The notes under the pieces were generated by a model. It was given only the letters and a program-made list of their open reading frames with translations. It searched no databases and was not told the origin of the DNA. From the NCBI GenBank assembly GCA_965203805.1, contig OZ241917.1, positions 1,856,001 to 1,920,000 on the forward strand: a DNA stretch of 64,000 bases. The letters run 5' to 3'. This document shows positions 61,108 through 64,000 of this stretch, one piece after another. Position 1 is the stretch's first letter. The number at the start of each line of letters is the position of its first letter. This stretch comes from Candidatus Latescibacterota bacterium. GTDB lineage: Bacteria; Latescibacterota; UBA2968; GCA-2709665. The position numbers and the translations under genes were made by a program.

Positions 61108-61800
61108 CTAAAAGGGATCACTGAGGACACCGCGCCCCTTGATAAACTCCAATAGAGACATACCGTGCATTTCTTTCAAGGGTGAATCAGCGAAACCCTC
61201 AACATTAATCTCAAAAGCAGGCATATGATTGTAAACAAGATCAACGAAGAACAAGGATGTGAATTGCTCCGCTTGGATTAGAGGAAGGTGGCATCGAATT
61301 ATCCTGTTTTCTGGACTGACAAGAAAAACCACAGGAGTTCGCACGAACAACCCATCGGAATCCTCTGGTTCTAGCGGAACACCTAACTGAAACGTCAACC
61401 TGAAGGCTCGCTTAAATTTAGTCAATTCTGATTGATCCCCATTTGAAATGGCGTAAATCGGCATCTCTAAGGAGTCCTTTAGGTTGTCGTGGATGTGTTG
61501 CAGCGCCCGTAATATTAGATTGATGCAAGGTTGGCACGAATTCGGCGAAAACAAAAACACCAAGCCGGTCTTTGATCCTGAAAAGTCAGTACTTACCGTA
61601 TCATTGCCAGTCGTGCGAATTGACAATTTTGGAAATCCGCGACCGACTATCAGATCCTGCCGGTAGGTATTGACCACAAACGTGCGGTAAAACCGTAGAT
61701 CGGTGAGATGTAATCTGAATAACCAGGCGAGGGAGACGACTAGACCAATTAGGAAAAGCAGATTCGATACTACCAATAATCTCGTTATCCGCATAGTCAT
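61108..61800 (-). CDS. Membrane-anchored thioredoxin-fold (redoxin-like) protein
   Basis: N-terminal TM; FLFSPNSCQPC (CxxC); TP.VFLV cis-Pro motif. Confidence 0.7.
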   Translation of the reverse strand: MTMRITRLLVVSNLLFLIGLVVSLAWLFRLHLTDLRFYRTFVVNTYRQDLIVGRGFPKLSIRTTGNDTVSTDFSGSKTGLVFLFSPNSCQPCINLILRALQHIHDNLKDSLEMPIYAISNGDQSELTKFKRAFRLTFQLGVPLEPEDSDGLFVRTPVVFLVSPENRIIRCHLPLIQAEQFTSLFFVDLVYNHMPAFEINVEGFADSPLKEMHGMSLLEFIKGRGVLSDPF

Positions 61801-62239
61801 ACCGAAACTTTACAACAACCGTCGTTGCAGTCCATAGAGGTTATTGTAGTTTCTCGAATGAATTCTGTACGGTTCAAAACCACCGAATCCCCCGGGTAGG
61901 GTATTTGTCGCACTCCATATTTTACATCCTTATAATCTTATAAATTCGGCAATATCCAGCTTCTCGGAATCCAATCAAATGGACTGCCACAACGCGCGGA
62001 CTGTCTATTGAATTCCAAAAAAAATAGAAGCACTTTCCATTCCAGTAAGGCCTCCATTGAACTCCTGATTCTGGTCTTCGCACCTTCGGAAGATGTGGAG
62101 CTAAACCCACTATCAGCAGGGAATCTGCACTGAATTGCTCCCCAATCAAATACGACGAACGCGTCTAATACCACTGAATGCATCAGCCCCATTTGCAAAG
62201 AATCCTTGGAACCCGCGCCAGAATACGGATCCGATCCGC

Positions 62240-62590
62240 CAACTGAACGCACTGCGACAGGTCCGCTTTCAAGCCAACCGACGTCTACTGGACGTCCAAA
62301 GCATCAGCCACGACTGGACCGTCGGCGAAGATGCCTTCCAAAAGCTCTAACAGCCGCAACAAATCGACGGCCAACGGGTATGTGCCCTACGCTTCGGCGG
62401 CCGTCGCACACAGATGCTCTTGCGGGCACTGGTCATCTTCCGAACGCAGGCGCGCATCCTAAGATCCGGACTCACCCTCGACAAGACCACGCCAAACCAC
62501 CTACGCAGCGCATTCGACAGACTCGAAACTTTGATCGACCAACATTGCGATCATGCCAAACTCGCTGCTTGAAGCTTGACTCAAACACCA
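62240..62590 (+). pseudogene. Degenerate transposase-like fragment
   Basis: Frame reads LRQVRFQANRRLLDVQSISHD...GEDAF..*..DGQRV.ALRFG...AFDRL...KLAA* with an internal stop; resembles a widespread mobile-element protein C-terminus (from memory). Confidence 0.5.
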
Positions 62591-62659
62591 CAAAAACCGC
62601 CGACTAAGCAGGCTAGGGCTGCAGAAAGAATGCGCCAACCCAAGCTATTGCCACTGGCT

Positions 62660-62800
62660 CTCTGTGCTCTTTGCGCTGGATGAAGCCTTCCCCAAACACG
62701 ACATCAACCCCGCTGGCCGCGTAAGATCGAAGCGATTTCCCAGCCGCACACTGGCGACAACCAATCCCATAGAATCCACGTTCACCACCGCAGCAGAGGG
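62660..62800 (+). pseudogene. IS256-family transposase fragment
   Basis: DFPAAHWR and TNPIESTF in adjacent frames, the same motifs as in the IS256 at 43 kb. Confidence 0.6.
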
Positions 62801-62912
62801 ATTCTTCGATCCAATAAACAGCACCAATATCATACGTTTAACGTAATTACCGAAGTTAACGAAAGACCGAAATACGGATCCGATCCACCATTTCAGTCAA
62901 CGAGAGTAATAC

Positions 62913-63134
62913 CTAAATGTTATACCATTCCGACCAATAGGTATCTCCCGAATTACAAAGGGCAACTTCGATCTCATTCGAGGCATTGCAAGAATAGTGG
63001 TCTCTCCGCTGCAACTGACCATTGTGGCACCTTTTTTCGAACCCGTCATTGAACCATTGATATCCATCGTACCATTCGTACGCGTATATCAATGTATCCT
63101 GTCGACGGTTCCGTGGTTTTCGTAGCAAGTTCAT
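62913..63134 (-). CDS. 73-aa putative RiPP precursor peptide
   Basis: Strong RBS AAGGGAGG before ATG 63134; basic leader-like MNLLRKPRNRRQDTLIYAY, then a Trp/Tyr/Asn/Cys-rich core. Confidence 0.7.
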   Translation of the reverse strand: MNLLRKPRNRRQDTLIYAYEWYDGYQWFNDGFEKRCHNGQLQRRDHYSCNASNEIEVALCNSGDTYWSEWYNI

Positions 63135-63204
63135 GTTGCCTCCCTTCTGAGAGTTTGAGAATTGGTGGATCGGAATCCGTAGTTTCGGCAAATCGCAAAG
63201 CAAA

Positions 63205-63397
63205 CCTTGATTCCTCATTTTTCGAGGACGTTTATTTGAATTTGTGTCAGTCAGTTAAAAAGGCGATTAGACTGCTGATTACCAGGATACAACAGGACAC
63301 TGTACGTGAACGGAAGAAATGTCCTTCCTTAAGACCATTTCGGCACCATTCGGAGAGTTCCGTCGCGTCGCCGCGTTGCGATTTTATCGGATCGAGG
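63205..63397. mobile_element. 193-bp MITE with IS1380-type ends, copy B
   Basis: CAAA|CCTTGATTC ... TATCGGATCGAGG|CTAA; shares AAAGGCGATTAGAC, GGATACA, ACGTGAA and TCGCGTCGCCGCGTTGC with copy A. Confidence 0.8.
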
Positions 63398-63447
63398 CTA
63401 ATGAATGAGATAGATGCATCGATCGGATAAATCGACACGATTTACAG

Positions 63448-64000
63448 CTAGTTATTTGCACCAAAGTCAAGCGCATAGACCGCCACATTGCCATTGGAAT
63501 TTTCCGACTCTGCTGCCGACGGCTCACTCCATACATACAACTGATCCCGCGAAGATGCTATACTATTCCACGGGAGCGATATAACTTCGGATTCGAGGTG
63601 CTCCTTTGCTGACCTACTAAAGTCATAGACTCTGACGGCCTCTTCTGTGTCGAGGTCGTAAATCGACCAGTTGGTAATACTTGCGACGGTCGTGTCCTCG
63701 GTCGTGCCAGGGTTTATGTGCGAAACTATCAAAAAACGACCATGGACGATTGTCATGCTACGTACAGTTGTCATTTTCAATCCTCTCATATCTTCACGAC
63801 TCCCTTGTTCAATTCCATGATACCTTGTCGGCAACGGTACATATCCTTTCGGACGACGACCAAATCGCCTGATGGTTTTCCCAGTCTCGGCGTCGATTTC
63901 TCTAACCATGTAGTCGTTTGGTCCCAGGAAATACAGCCTATTCCGTACCACGCTGTAGCATAGATGCGCAAAGGCTTTCATGCGATATGAGATAAACCTC
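63448..64000 (-). CDS. Probable beta-propeller protein (5' end outside the window)
   Basis: Frame is open to the window edge; short beta-strand blades (RLYF...Y.VREID..TG..IRRFG, WSIYDLD, QLYV). Confidence 0.55.
   Translation of the reverse strand, partial: RFISYRMKAFAHLCYSVVRNRLYFLGPNDYMVREIDAETGKTIRRFGRRPKGYVPLPTRYHGIEQGSREDMRGLKMTTVRSMTIVHGRFLIVSHINPGTTEDTTVASITNWSIYDLDTEEAVRVYDFSRSAKEHLESEVISLPWNSIASSRDQLYVWSEPSAAESENSNGNVAVYALDFGANN

Noticed and set aside
61922-62252. Two overlapping small minus-strand ORFs as extra precursors
   Set aside because: No RBS or leader similarity, and they border a transposase remnant

Overview
Bacterial window in which every intact protein-coding gene lies on the minus strand. 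It has two halves. (1) 1-37.2 kb, GC-rich backbone: partial purB; a tightly packed cluster of uncharacterised catabolic enzymes (PLP desulfhydrase, CocE, M20 amidohydrolase, two isochorismatases, Gfo/Idh/MocA, TIM-barrel isomerase, PhyH dioxygenase, WD40 and beta-helix proteins); three GT-C-like membrane proteins; TPR/GWxTD-type proteins; and an OMP + TonB receptor + secreted protein + PorV operon. This gene content suggests a Latescibacterota/FCB-related organism, possibly host-associated (inference). (2) ~37.2 kb to the window end, a more AT-rich, IS-riddled island: IS3, IS1380, IS256 and IS630 copies or remnants, plus IS1380-type MITEs. It encodes what looks like an undescribed ACP-dependent peptide (lipo-RiPP-like) biosynthesis and export system: a 73-aa Trp/Tyr/Cys-rich precursor candidate, beta-propeller, thioredoxin-like and rhodanese-like proteins, ABC exporter, S8 peptidase-DUF1611 fusion, acyl carrier protein, BtrH-like acyltransferase and a two-permease RND pump. 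A candidate riboswitch-like leader with terminator/antiterminator lies at ~19.9-20.1 kb. All calls come from reading motifs by eye; no database searches were run.
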